Shown piece after piece: positions 18,944 to 28,484 of a DNA stretch of 64,000 nt; the stretch's first letter is position 1; each line of letters opens with the position of its first letter. Under the pieces are notes generated by a model. The model was not told the origin of the DNA, did no database searches, and saw only the letters and a program-made list of their open reading frames with translations. Source of the DNA: Planctomycetota bacterium (GTDB taxonomy: Bacteria; Planctomycetota; SZUA-567; H5-PLA8); assembly GCA_038227875.1 (NCBI GenBank), contig JBBRPR010000001.1, forward strand, positions 282,364 to 346,363. The letters are read 5' to 3'. The position numbers and the translations under genes are program-made.

Positions 18944-20581
18944 ATGTCCACGGAGTCCACTTCCAGTTCGTCGCAGGAATCCCGCCCGGCGGATATCCTG
19001 GTGGTCGACGACACCACGGAAAATCGCCAGATCCTGGTTCAATTGCTGCAGCGCGAAGGCTACCGCGTCCGCGCGGCGAGCACGGGCAAACTCGCGCTGA
19101 TGTCCTGCGAAACGGCCGCGCCGGACCTGATGCTGCTCGATATATCCATGCCCGAAATGGACGGCTACGAAGTCTGCCGCCGGATGAAACAGAGTCCCGC
19201 GTTGCAGCGCATTCCCATTCTTTTCTTAAGCGCGCGCACGGAGACCAACGACAAGGTCGCGGCGTTCGAGGCCGGCGGCGTCGATTACATCACCAAGCCG
19301 TTCGAGCCCACCGAGACGCTCTCCCGCGTGCGGACGCATCTGCGGATCGCTCAGCTGCAGCGCGAATTGGAAGCGATGAACACCACGCTGGAAGCGCGCG
19401 TCAAGGAGCGCACGCGCGAGCTGGAAGAGAGCATGGAGCGGCTGCGCCAGGCGGAAAAGATGGAGCTGGTCGGGCGGTTGGCCGGCGGCGTCGCGCACGA
19501 TTTCAACAACCTGCTGACCTGCATTCTCGGCAACGTGGAACTGGCGCGGATGCGCACGCAGCCGGACGCGCCGGTGCTGCGCTTTCTCGACGACGTGGAA
19601 TTGGCGGCGCGCCGCAGCGCGGATCTGACGTACCAGTTACTCGCCTTCGCTCGCAAGCAGGTGATCCAGCCGCGGCTCTTAAGCTTGAATCAATGCGTCA
19701 ACGAGGCCGAACGGCTGCTGCAGCGCACGCTGGGCGAACACATCAAGCTGGTCTGTGAGCTCAGCCCGACGCCGCCGATGGTGATGGTGGATCCCGGCCA
19801 GATTTCGCAGGTGATCATCAACATGGGCGTCAACGCGCGGGACGCGATGCCCAAGGGCGGGCGCCTGAACATCAAGGCCAGCTTCGAGACGCTCGACGAT
19901 TCGGTGCTGAAGGAATATCCGGACGTGCGGCCGGGACGCTACGCGGTGCTGACGGTCGCGGACACAGGCACGGGCATTGTCGAAGCCGAGCAGAAGCGGA
20001 TTTTCGAGCCGTTTTACACGACGAAGAAGCCGGGCAAGGGCACGGGCCTGGGGCTGGCGACGACGTACGGCATCATCAAGCAGCACGGCGGCCACATCGC
20101 GCTGAAGAGCGTGCCGGGGGAGGGGACAACGTTCTCCGTCTACCTGCCGCTGTGCGAAGACAAGGAACCCCTGCCGGCTCACGAGAGTTCCGGTACGGCG
20201 CCGGCGATTGGCGGAACGCCAACGGTGTTGCTGTGCGAGGACGACGACCTGGTGCGCGAAGTGGTTGAGGCGGCGTTGTCGGATATTGGCTACACGATCC
20301 TGGTGGCGCAGGATGGCGATCAAGGATTGAAGATGGCGCTGGCGTGTCCGCAGCCCATTTCGCTGTTGATCACGGACTTTGTGATGCCGTCGATTTCCGG
20401 CTTGGAACTGGAGCGTCGGCTGCGCGAGACGCAGCCGCATGTGAAGGTGCTGTTCATTACCGGCTACGCGGAGAACGCGATCTCCAGCCCGGGCGCGAAC
20501 GACAAGCGGCGGCAGTTGCTGCAGAAACCGTTTTCGCCGAAGGAGCTGTTTAAGAAAGTACGCGAGATGATCGAGGGGTGA
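18944..20581 (+). CDS. Cytoplasmic hybrid histidine kinase (REC-HisKA-HATPase-REC)
   Basis: ILVVDD, LDISMP, GGVAHDFNNLL, NARDAMP, GKGTGLGL, second REC. Confidence 0.93.
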   Translation: MSTESTSSSSQESRPADILVVDDTTENRQILVQLLQREGYRVRAASTGKLALMSCETAAPDLMLLDISMPEMDGYEVCRRMKQSPALQRIPILFLSARTETNDKVAAFEAGGVDYITKPFEPTETLSRVRTHLRIAQLQRELEAMNTTLEARVKERTRELEESMERLRQAEKMELVGRLAGGVAHDFNNLLTCILGNVELARMRTQPDAPVLRFLDDVELAARRSADLTYQLLAFARKQVIQPRLLSLNQCVNEAERLLQRTLGEHIKLVCELSPTPPMVMVDPGQISQVIINMGVNARDAMPKGGRLNIKASFETLDDSVLKEYPDVRPGRYAVLTVADTGTGIVEAEQKRIFEPFYTTKKPGKGTGLGLATTYGIIKQHGGHIALKSVPGEGTTFSVYLPLCEDKEPLPAHESSGTAPAIGGTPTVLLCEDDDLVREVVEAALSDIGYTILVAQDGDQGLKMALACPQPISLLITDFVMPSISGLELERRLRETQPHVKVLFITGYAENAISSPGANDKRRQLLQKPFSPKELFKKVREMIEG

Positions 20582-20947
20582 ACGGAGTCATTGGTCATTG
20601 GTCATTGGTCATTGGGTATTGGTCATTTTTCATTGGTCATTTAACAGCGCTTCGCCAAATGCCAGGCGCGTCTGTGTGTCAAGGAGCAAGCGGCCGTTTG
20701 CTTGCTCCTTGCTCAGCGCAACGCCTATGCAATATCGCTGATCTCCGCGAGGTGTACGAGACTCACACGCAAGCGGATTGATTTTCTCGGCGGCGGAGCA
20801 TGCGCATTTCATTTGGATCGCGTAGAGCAAGGAGCAAGCATACGGCCGCTTGCTCCTTGACACACAGATAGGCTGGCGGCTCGCCACCCCGCTCCTCGTA
20901 AATGAAAAATGACCGATGACGGATGCGCAATGACCAAAGACTCCGTT
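20581..20947. repeat. Nested palindromic intergenic element between convergent genes
   Basis: Outer arms AACGGAGTC(A/T)TTGGTCATTG with GGTCATT heptamers; inner arms 20676-20713 and 20825-20864. Confidence 0.85.
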
Positions 20948-23657
20948 ACTGCTTCGTGTCGCTCAACCGCGCGTAGCGGTAATAGACTTCCAAGCAGAGC
21001 GTGCTAAGGGCGGTTTGGCCGACGCGGCCCCACATCGCGGAGTAGTCGCCGGTGGGGAGCCAGCTGCCGGCGTTTTCGCCGATCATCATCTGCGTGGGCA
21101 GCAGTGATTTCTGCATGCCTTCGTTCCATTCTTTCCAGACGTCGCCGCCGGCCTGGAACGTACAGAGCGTGCCATAATACCAGTAGTAGAGATGCTCCTT
21201 GCCGGGTTCGGGCGCGCCGAATTTTTTCACGAAGTAGGTGATGCTGGGCTTCAGGTCTTCGAGCTTACCGCCCATGAAAATGCGGCAGAGATTCCCGATG
21301 GTGTGGCAGCAGTCGCTGCCCATGGTCAGTTTCATGCGGCCCACGCCGGGGACAATCGTCTGGCCCAGGGGCATGTAGCTGTAACCGTGAATCGGACCAT
21401 ACGCGGCGTCGTAGCCGGGGACGACTTCCGGGTCGGGGGCTTTGAACTGGACGCTGTCGATGAAGCGCGCGGCGCCTTCGAGCGAATGGGGATCGACGTG
21501 GAGGCCGGCGACCTTCGCGGACTTCAGCGCCATGATGAACCAGCCGGAGACGGAGAGATCGCCCTGTTCGCGGGGGCCGTAGCGCCAGCCGAGCTTGCTG
21601 GAACCGGAGCCGTTCTGGTGGACTTCCGTGCAGTAGTCGACGGCCTTTTGCGCGGCGGCTCGAGTTTCGGGAACGTTGCCCATTCCGGCGGCCTCGGCCA
21701 GCGCCATGGTCATCACGGCGATGCTGTAACCGTCGTTGCGGTTGGAGACGCCGTTGGGCAGCGGGCGCCCCTGGATGGGCGTGCTGCGCAGCCAGCGCAC
21801 GGCGCGCGTGACATTGTCCTTGTACTGTCCCGCGCGTTCGGAATGTCCCGCGCCGAGGAACGCGAGCGTGGAGATCGAGGTGAGGAAGACCGTCGGATCG
21901 TTTTTCGCTTCGCCCCAATGTCCATCGGCGGCCTGGTGGTAGGCGAGCCACTGCAGCGCCTTGTTGACGGCATTTTCGGTGGCGGGCGTGCCGCCGTGTT
22001 TCTGAATCATGTCTTTGCGGCCGCCGCCGGTGCGCGTGCCGAAAGTGCCGTGGCCGGAGCCTTCATCTGCGCCGACGCCGGTGCCTTTGCCGCCGCCAAA
22101 GCCGCCGCCCTGGCCGTGCGAGCGGAAGGTGCCGAAGCCGATCGTGTCGTCGAGCGCGGGGCCGTCGTTGCCGCCGCCGCCGGGCAGATCGAGCTCGTGG
22201 GGTTTGGCGTCGAAGATGTGGGCGTCGAGGTCGCCGAAGGCGTTGTGCTGGTCGGCGCGATCGGGGTTGTTGGTTTCGAAGTGATCTCCGAGTTCGACGT
22301 TCAGCGCATCGGGCGGGATCACGATGTCGTTAAGCGCCTTGGTGTCGAGCGCGTCTCCCATTTTCACACGGTCGGCCAGCGCGCTGACGGCGTGTTCGTC
22401 GCGGAGCTCTTCGGTCTTGAGCGTTTTGGGATTGTAGAGCTCCGTGGTGACGACGATCGATTCTTCGTGCGGCAGTTCGATCTTCAGCGAGATCAGCATC
22501 ACCAGCGCGATCAACAGGACGTGAAAGGCGCAGGAGACAAACCAGAACGGCACGGCCGCCAGCGCGTGGCGGACGGCGGCAATGCGTGCGGCGATCCGCG
22601 CGCGGAGCGGCACGCGCACGATAATTGGAATTGGAACGGCGGCGTTTACGGATGCGACTACCGAGACTTCCGGCTCCGGCTCCGGCACGGCGCTCGGCGG
22701 AATTTCCGCGGCCGCGGGCACGTTCGGAATCGCGGCGGCGGCTGCGGCGGCTGCGATGGGTTGCGGCAGTGGCGTCGAGACGGGAACGATGACGGGTTCC
22801 GGCACGGGAATCGGGATGGGGAGCGGTTCGGCGATCGGCTCCATCACCGGCATGACTTCGGAGACGGCTTCGACCAGCGCCGGCGTGATCGTGGTCGAAT
22901 TCGATTCGATCGGAATCGGTACGAAGCTGGTCGTCGCGCCGATCACTTCCGGAACGACGGGCGACAGTTCGGAATTCTGCAGCGGCACGATGTCGATCGT
23001 GTCGTAGCTCTCGTCTGGAATCACCGGCGTGAGCGGCGGTGGCAGTTTCGCTTCTTCGGCGGCCAGATCGGGGAGGGATGAGGCTTCGCTTTCGAAGAGT
23101 TTCTGCAATTCCTTCGCGGCGGTCGCGGCGTCAACGAGGACTGGCTCGTCGGGCTTGACGTGGCCGATTACCGTGGACGTGGGGCTGCCGGTGGCGGGCG
23201 CAGCGGCCTTTTCCGGGAGCGGTTCGCGGTGGTACGCGGACTGGAGCAGCGTGCGCACGGCGCGGTAGCGCGCAAGTTTTTCGCGGCAGGCGGAACAGCT
23301 TTCGGTGTGCGCGTCGACGCCGGCGCGGTGAATGATTGAAAGCGTCTCATCGACATACTGCGGCATATAATGTTCGACGCTGCGGCAGTCGGCGCTGAGC
23401 ATCACCGGTTCAGTGATCGAAGAGGGGCCATCCCCCATGTGCATGCCGAATTTTGCGTGCAGGCGCAGCACAGCCTGACAGAGGCGGGAGGAGACGCCGT
23501 CCTGCGAAACGCTCAGGCGCGCGGCAATGTCCTCATACGAGAAGCGTTCGCGGTAGCGCAGAATGACCATGGCGCGGAGATCGGCGGGAAGTCCGTTGAC
23601 GCTCCGCAGGATCGAATCGCGGAACCGGATCTTCGAAGATTCGCTCGTCAGCACCAT
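20946..23657 (-). CDS. Fusion protein: sigma70 region-4-like, ZAS zinc finger, Pro-rich linker, TM, prenyltransferase/squalene-oxidase repeat domain
   Basis: LPADLRAMVILRYRERFSYEDIAARL; HTESCSAC; WFVSCAFHVLLI TM; ALQWLAYHQAADGHW, GWRYGP..GDLSVSGW, YYWYYGT, LCLEVYYRY. Confidence 0.85.
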   Translation of the reverse strand: MVLTSESSKIRFRDSILRSVNGLPADLRAMVILRYRERFSYEDIAARLSVSQDGVSSRLCQAVLRLHAKFGMHMGDGPSSITEPVMLSADCRSVEHYMPQYVDETLSIIHRAGVDAHTESCSACREKLARYRAVRTLLQSAYHREPLPEKAAAPATGSPTSTVIGHVKPDEPVLVDAATAAKELQKLFESEASSLPDLAAEEAKLPPPLTPVIPDESYDTIDIVPLQNSELSPVVPEVIGATTSFVPIPIESNSTTITPALVEAVSEVMPVMEPIAEPLPIPIPVPEPVIVPVSTPLPQPIAAAAAAAAIPNVPAAAEIPPSAVPEPEPEVSVVASVNAAVPIPIIVRVPLRARIAARIAAVRHALAAVPFWFVSCAFHVLLIALVMLISLKIELPHEESIVVTTELYNPKTLKTEELRDEHAVSALADRVKMGDALDTKALNDIVIPPDALNVELGDHFETNNPDRADQHNAFGDLDAHIFDAKPHELDLPGGGGNDGPALDDTIGFGTFRSHGQGGGFGGGKGTGVGADEGSGHGTFGTRTGGGRKDMIQKHGGTPATENAVNKALQWLAYHQAADGHWGEAKNDPTVFLTSISTLAFLGAGHSERAGQYKDNVTRAVRWLRSTPIQGRPLPNGVSNRNDGYSIAVMTMALAEAAGMGNVPETRAAAQKAVDYCTEVHQNGSGSSKLGWRYGPREQGDLSVSGWFIMALKSAKVAGLHVDPHSLEGAARFIDSVQFKAPDPEVVPGYDAAYGPIHGYSYMPLGQTIVPGVGRMKLTMGSDCCHTIGNLCRIFMGGKLEDLKPSITYFVKKFGAPEPGKEHLYYWYYGTLCTFQAGGDVWKEWNEGMQKSLLPTQMMIGENAGSWLPTGDYSAMWGRVGQTALSTLCLEVYYRYARLSDTKQ

Positions 23658-23742
23658 GTATTTAAGACGCGCATTGAGGCGTAATTCCTGCGTTTAGTTC
23701 GCGCTAAAGCACAGTCCTCAATTAGGGGGAAGTTTGGCTGCG

Positions 23743-26091
23743 CTATTTTAAAAGCATTTTGGACATCCAGTCCGCGGTTTCATCGGAGACTTCGGGGCTG
23801 ATGGTCAGCGCGTCAGGTTGCGCTTTGTAGGCTTCGCGTGCAGGCGTGAAATCGCGATCGAGACGGGGCTGCCTGGCGAGGCGGTTTCGGCCGTCGACGG
23901 AGGCTTCCAGTTTAAGCGGCAGTGGAGCGAGAGTGGCGGCGAGCGTGCTGAGATCGCCGGTCTCCAGAACTTCCGGGACGATCATGTCGGAGACGATGTT
24001 GCAGGCGGGGCCGTCGAACAGAGACGCGTAGCCGGTCAGTCCGCCGCGCGCGATTACGGCTTTGACATCGTCTTCGTAAAGCGCGAGCAGCAGCGCGGCG
24101 GTGGCGCCGAGAGGTTCGGCTTGCAGCGCGGAGTTGTCGGTCTTCATCGGCGGATCGACGAATGTCGGCGCATTGACCGGTGCAAACGATTCGCCCCAGA
24201 CGGCGACGCGCTTGGCGTCGATGTCCGCGCGCGTTCGCAGATATGCCAGGACGCTGCGCAGGTCGCGGACTTTGGAGCCGAGGATCGTCTGGCCGAGCAT
24301 CAGTTCCACCGACGCGGTGTCGACAGCGGACGAGTACCAGTAGCGATCGCCGCCGGGTGAGGTCTCGCCGGAGCCGCGGACATCGACGAGGCAGACGGCG
24401 ACGTTGCGCGCGAGGAGGTCGGAGACTTCCTGCGCGCGTTTGCAGAGGAACAGATCCTTGCCGCCTTGCGCCACGGCGAGAACCACGGGCAATTTGGCAT
24501 CGGCGGCGGCGGCTTTAGGTTTGAGCAACAGCGAAGGGATGGAGATTCCCGGCTCCACGACGAGCAGGAGCTTTTCGGCCGCGAACGCGTCGCTGCTGAC
24601 AACTTCACTGCGCTTGAGTTCCGGCGCGACCGCGGGCGTGACGTTGCCGAGTTTCTCCGCCCAGATGCGGCGGAGTTGCTCCTTGCGCTTGTCGGCGGGC
24701 AGCGCGGCCAGCGCGGCGCGGGCGGCGGCGAGCTTTTGAGCTCCGGCTTCCGCGAGGAGTTCGTTGAGCGGCCGGACACGCCAGTGTGTGCGCGCTTCGG
24801 GCGTGAGACAGGTGAGCTGCTGCGTTGAGAGACGATGCTGGAATTCCGTGGGCAGCGGCATGCTCAGCCAGTTCTTGAGGACGGGGAAGATTTCCTTGCG
24901 CTGATGCGGTCCAATGTTGTTGCAGGCGGAGTGGGGCTTGCCGGCGATGCGTTCGTCGCCAAAGCCGTGGACGGCCGTCAGGTGCTCGGCGGCTCCGAAG
25001 AGGCCGAAGACGCGGCCGAGGCGCGCGTAGCCTTCGTCGCCGGCGGGCTGCCATTCGAATTCCCGGGCGTAAATGGTATAGCGCGGCGCATTGGCGGCGG
25101 CGATCAGCCAGTTGGTGAAGCCGTCGCGGCCCTTGTTGCGCAGACAGCGGACGGCATCCCAATCGCCGCCGCCGATCGGATCGACCCATTCCGTCTGACC
25201 TGCAGCCGCGGGATGAGTGCCCGCGCCACCGGTGTTGAAGGGAATCGCGCAGGTGACGCGGCTGTCGGTGGCGGCGAGCAGCGCGGCAATGTCGCCACCG
25301 CCGGCGACGGAGCCCATCACGACGATGCGCTTGGGATCGACGCCGGCGCGGGAGGTCAGGACGTCCAGCGCGCGGCGCTGGTCGGCGGCCATCCAGGCCA
25401 TCAGATTTTCGCCGGCGGTGTAAAGCTGCATGCCGGTGTGGTAGCGCCAGCGGTAGTCTTCGCGCCCGCCGTAGAATTGCTGGCCGCGTTCGCCGTAGCC
25501 CAGGTTGTCAATGACGATGACCACGCATCCGCTGCGCGCCCAGAGCATGCCCATGTCCTGCAGTTCGCCCTGCCACTTGGGATTGTGGTGGCTGGAGACG
25601 ACGAGAATGCCCGGCATCGCGGTACCCGCTTCGGCCGGTGCGTACAGATTGGCGGTGATCGGCAGTCCGGGGCGGCCGGCGATGAGCAGATTTTCGACGC
25701 GGTACCCGTCGCCGGCGATGGTGCCGGTGACTTCAAAGCCGGCGCCGCCGGGAGCTCCGCTTTGCAGAATCTCCGGTGAAAGTGCGAGCGCGCCGATGCT
25801 CTTTTTCAGCGCGGCCAAGCGCTGGTCGCGAAACTTTTCCCACTCCGCGGAGGTCTGAATTTTTGCGAACTCGGCCGAGTCCCGTTCGGCGAACGTCCTC
25901 ACGCGCGTCTGCAGATCGGCTTGCAGCATGCCCGCGGCGGTGGCGGATTCCTCCGCGTTCAACACCGTGCTTTTCAGCGCGATCAATTTGGACGGGACTT
26001 CCGCGGTGTTGTTCATGGGTTCTCCTGCAAGGACTGGGAACGCGGCGAGCGTGGCAAGCGTGAAGATGAGACGTGCGCGAAATCGAAGCAT
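23743..26091 (-). CDS. Secreted tandem alpha/beta-hydrolase (acetylxylan-esterase-like)
   Basis: Signal peptide; VDPKRIVVMGSVAGG and IDAKRVAVWG; DVRGSGET. Confidence 0.75.
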   Translation of the reverse strand: MLRFRARLIFTLATLAAFPVLAGEPMNNTAEVPSKLIALKSTVLNAEESATAAGMLQADLQTRVRTFAERDSAEFAKIQTSAEWEKFRDQRLAALKKSIGALALSPEILQSGAPGGAGFEVTGTIAGDGYRVENLLIAGRPGLPITANLYAPAEAGTAMPGILVVSSHHNPKWQGELQDMGMLWARSGCVVIVIDNLGYGERGQQFYGGREDYRWRYHTGMQLYTAGENLMAWMAADQRRALDVLTSRAGVDPKRIVVMGSVAGGGDIAALLAATDSRVTCAIPFNTGGAGTHPAAAGQTEWVDPIGGGDWDAVRCLRNKGRDGFTNWLIAAANAPRYTIYAREFEWQPAGDEGYARLGRVFGLFGAAEHLTAVHGFGDERIAGKPHSACNNIGPHQRKEIFPVLKNWLSMPLPTEFQHRLSTQQLTCLTPEARTHWRVRPLNELLAEAGAQKLAAARAALAALPADKRKEQLRRIWAEKLGNVTPAVAPELKRSEVVSSDAFAAEKLLLVVEPGISIPSLLLKPKAAAADAKLPVVLAVAQGGKDLFLCKRAQEVSDLLARNVAVCLVDVRGSGETSPGGDRYWYSSAVDTASVELMLGQTILGSKVRDLRSVLAYLRTRADIDAKRVAVWGESFAPVNAPTFVDPPMKTDNSALQAEPLGATAALLLALYEDDVKAVIARGGLTGYASLFDGPACNIVSDMIVPEVLETGDLSTLAATLAPLPLKLEASVDGRNRLARQPRLDRDFTPAREAYKAQPDALTISPEVSDETADWMSKMLLK

Positions 26092-26245
26092 GTGGAATGG
26101 ACCCTGTTTTTAGATGTGAAACATGGTTCGGGAGTGAGAAGGGCCTGTCAAATGAAATATTGTATTTTTGATATACGTGTGCGAATATGTGCTGAATTAA
26201 AACTACGGCGCGTTTGCGAGAGGGGATAGGAATCGCTTGGTTTTT

Positions 26246-26269
26246 CGTGGTCGCAAATTTGCGACCACG
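26246..26269. repeat. Perfect 24-bp palindrome
   Basis: CGTGGTCGCAAATTTGCGACCACG. Confidence 0.85.
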
Positions 26270-26312
26270 GTTTTGCGCACCATGTTGAACTACACGGCGG
26301 CAACTTTGGCAA

Positions 26313-27698
26313 TCAGTGCATGATCGAGCGCGTGGTTTTCTTCACCGGCTTCATCAGCGCGCTGCTCTGGACTTGCGCGCCCCAGCCGGGGCGGGGGGCC
26401 TGGACGCCTTTGATTTTCTTATCGAGGAACGCGACCTTGTCGGTGATCGACGCGGCGGCGTGAGCGTCCTGGGTCTTCAGCTTTTCGAACGTGGCCAGCG
26501 CCTTGGTCGTATCGCCGGTCCGTTCGTAGGTTTCGCCCATGTGATAGAGGGCATGGCTGGCGAGTTGCGACTGGCCGTTGGTGTCGGCGATGGTCTGGTA
26601 GACGGCGCGGGCGCCATCGGCGTCGCCGAGCTTCTTTTCGAGGATGAAGGCGACGGTGTAACGCGCCTGCGCGACGCGGCGGTCCTTGGGGAATGTGTCG
26701 AGGAATGCGCGGTAGCTCTTCATCGCGTCGGCGTACTGGGCATCGCGGAGATGGTTTTCGGCGTTGGCGATCAACAGCGAAGCCTTGTCCGTAGCGGCGG
26801 CGCTGGCGTGTGCGGGAGCTTCGTCGGGAAGCATCGCGCCGAGGTTGGCGGCTTCGTCAAAGGTCGCGATGGCGCGGGCCAGCGCGGTTTTGAATTCGGC
26901 CGGCGCGTCGGCGTTCAGCGCGTCTTGGATGTCGCGCAGTTCCTGCGCTTCGTCCTTGGAGCCACGCAGTTCAACATCAGCGGCGTCGGAGTCGACGTTT
27001 TCCAGCATCAGCAGACGTTCGAAATGCAATTCGGCGTCGTCGGTGGTGGACTTCGCTTCCAGCTCCTTGGATTCGGCGAGCGCAATCGAGAGCTGTTCGA
27101 CGTCGTCGAGAATGTTCTGCGCACGCATCTTGCTCTGGAACTGCGTGAGCTTGGTATTGAGCACGGCGCGCGGCAGCGGCTGGGGTTTGCGCGGCTGGTT
27201 TTCAGCGACTTTCGGCGCCGGCGTGTTTTTGGGCTGACGGGCGGCATCGGCCAGTTCCGCTGCGGAGGGCGTGGGCGTTGATTTCGGAGTCGTGTTAACA
27301 ACCGTGGGAGTGACGGGCCCCTTGAGACTATTCTGATAAGCCATGCCGCCGAGCAACGCGACGCCAACCAGCGCGGCTGCACCGACCAGCCAGGGCGTGC
27401 GGTTCCAGGGCGTGTTGGGCGCGGGCGGAATCTTGCGGCGCGAGAGACGCTTGTGGCTGTCTTTGCGGATGCTTTCGCGAGGCAAGCGCGCGGCGACGCG
27501 GCTGCAGACGCGCTGCCAGCTTTCTTCGTCGACGGCGTTGCCGATCAGGGCCTCGAAATCTTCGTTTTCAGACGGCAACAAAGACGCGTAGGCGGCGCAA
27601 TCGGGGCAGTTCTGAATATGGGCGGCGATGGCTGGTTCGCGGGCTACGTCGTCGGCGCTGCCTTCCAGTAGCGTGCGGATATCGTTGCACGTCATCAT
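26313..27698 (-). CDS. ZAS-type anti-sigma factor with TM and C-terminal TPR repeats
   Basis: CNDIR...HIQNCPDC, TM WLVGAAALVGVALLGG, TPRs (YADAMKSYRAFLDTFP, ALYHMGETYE); coupled to the ECF gene. Confidence 0.82.
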   Translation of the reverse strand: MMTCNDIRTLLEGSADDVAREPAIAAHIQNCPDCAAYASLLPSENEDFEALIGNAVDEESWQRVCSRVAARLPRESIRKDSHKRLSRRKIPPAPNTPWNRTPWLVGAAALVGVALLGGMAYQNSLKGPVTPTVVNTTPKSTPTPSAAELADAARQPKNTPAPKVAENQPRKPQPLPRAVLNTKLTQFQSKMRAQNILDDVEQLSIALAESKELEAKSTTDDAELHFERLLMLENVDSDAADVELRGSKDEAQELRDIQDALNADAPAEFKTALARAIATFDEAANLGAMLPDEAPAHASAAATDKASLLIANAENHLRDAQYADAMKSYRAFLDTFPKDRRVAQARYTVAFILEKKLGDADGARAVYQTIADTNGQSQLASHALYHMGETYERTGDTTKALATFEKLKTQDAHAAASITDKVAFLDKKIKGVQAPRPGWGAQVQSSALMKPVKKTTRSIMH

Positions 27699-28258
27699 TA
27701 TTTAACCTGCTTTGACCCGGGCAGCCAAGATGCGAGTACGCGTCGCAACGTTTGACGTGCCCGAAATAACCGCCAGCGTACCGTCGCCGGATCGGCCTGA
27801 GTAATCTTGGCAATCTCAGCGTGGCTCAGACCATCGCCGAACCTGAGTAATGCCACCGTGCGCTGTTCTTCCGGCAATCGGGCCAGACACGCATGGATAG
27901 CTTCGTACGTTTCACTGCTCTGGACAAGGCTCGAATCAACCGCCGGCGCGGGCATGCTGTCCAACGCCCCGGTGGTCTGCTCTGTCGACTGCCGCTTACG
28001 CTTGGAATGCACCCAGTTGTGGTACGCAATTGTCAGCAGCCACGACCGGAAATTCGTGCCTTCCTGAAACGTGCTCAAGCGCCGATACGCCTGGTACAAC
28101 GTCTCCTGAGCGAGGTCCTCCGCGTCGGCCTGGGAACTGCAAATGTGCTGCAGATAACGCAACACAGAGCGGCCATGGAGCTCGATCAGCGCGTCAAACG
28201 CGCCCCGATCTCCACCTTTGGCGGATTGCACCCACTGCCGCTCGTGTTCGTCGTCCAC
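27698..28258 (-). CDS. ECF RNA polymerase sigma factor
   Basis: GDRGAFDAL, DAEDLAQET, FRSWLLTIA, LPEEQR...SHAEIA...TVRWRLFRAR. Confidence 0.94.
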   Translation of the reverse strand: MDDEHERQWVQSAKGGDRGAFDALIELHGRSVLRYLQHICSSQADAEDLAQETLYQAYRRLSTFQEGTNFRSWLLTIAYHNWVHSKRKRQSTEQTTGALDSMPAPAVDSSLVQSSETYEAIHACLARLPEEQRTVALLRFGDGLSHAEIAKITQADPATVRWRLFRARQTLRRVLASWLPGSKQVK

Positions 28259-28484
28259 TTAGCTCAAGGCCTCTCGCGACACCGCTGTTTGAGAATTCTT
28301 TTGTACCACAGTAGGACGAGGAGATGCACAAGAATATTGCCTGTAATGGAACAGTTTGAATCCTGTACACCTCAGTAGTTGCACATGTTAATTCAATCTG
28401 CAGACCGTGTAGGCGCCCATTGTTGTACGCCGGAGTGCATGGTGAGGTAGTGCTCCCTGAGCGGCCTGTCAGGACATGTATTTA

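Noticed and set aside
20946..22000. Squalene-hopene cyclase or terpene cluster
   Set aside because: Single barrel after a TM, no DXDD motif seen, no isoprenoid genes nearby
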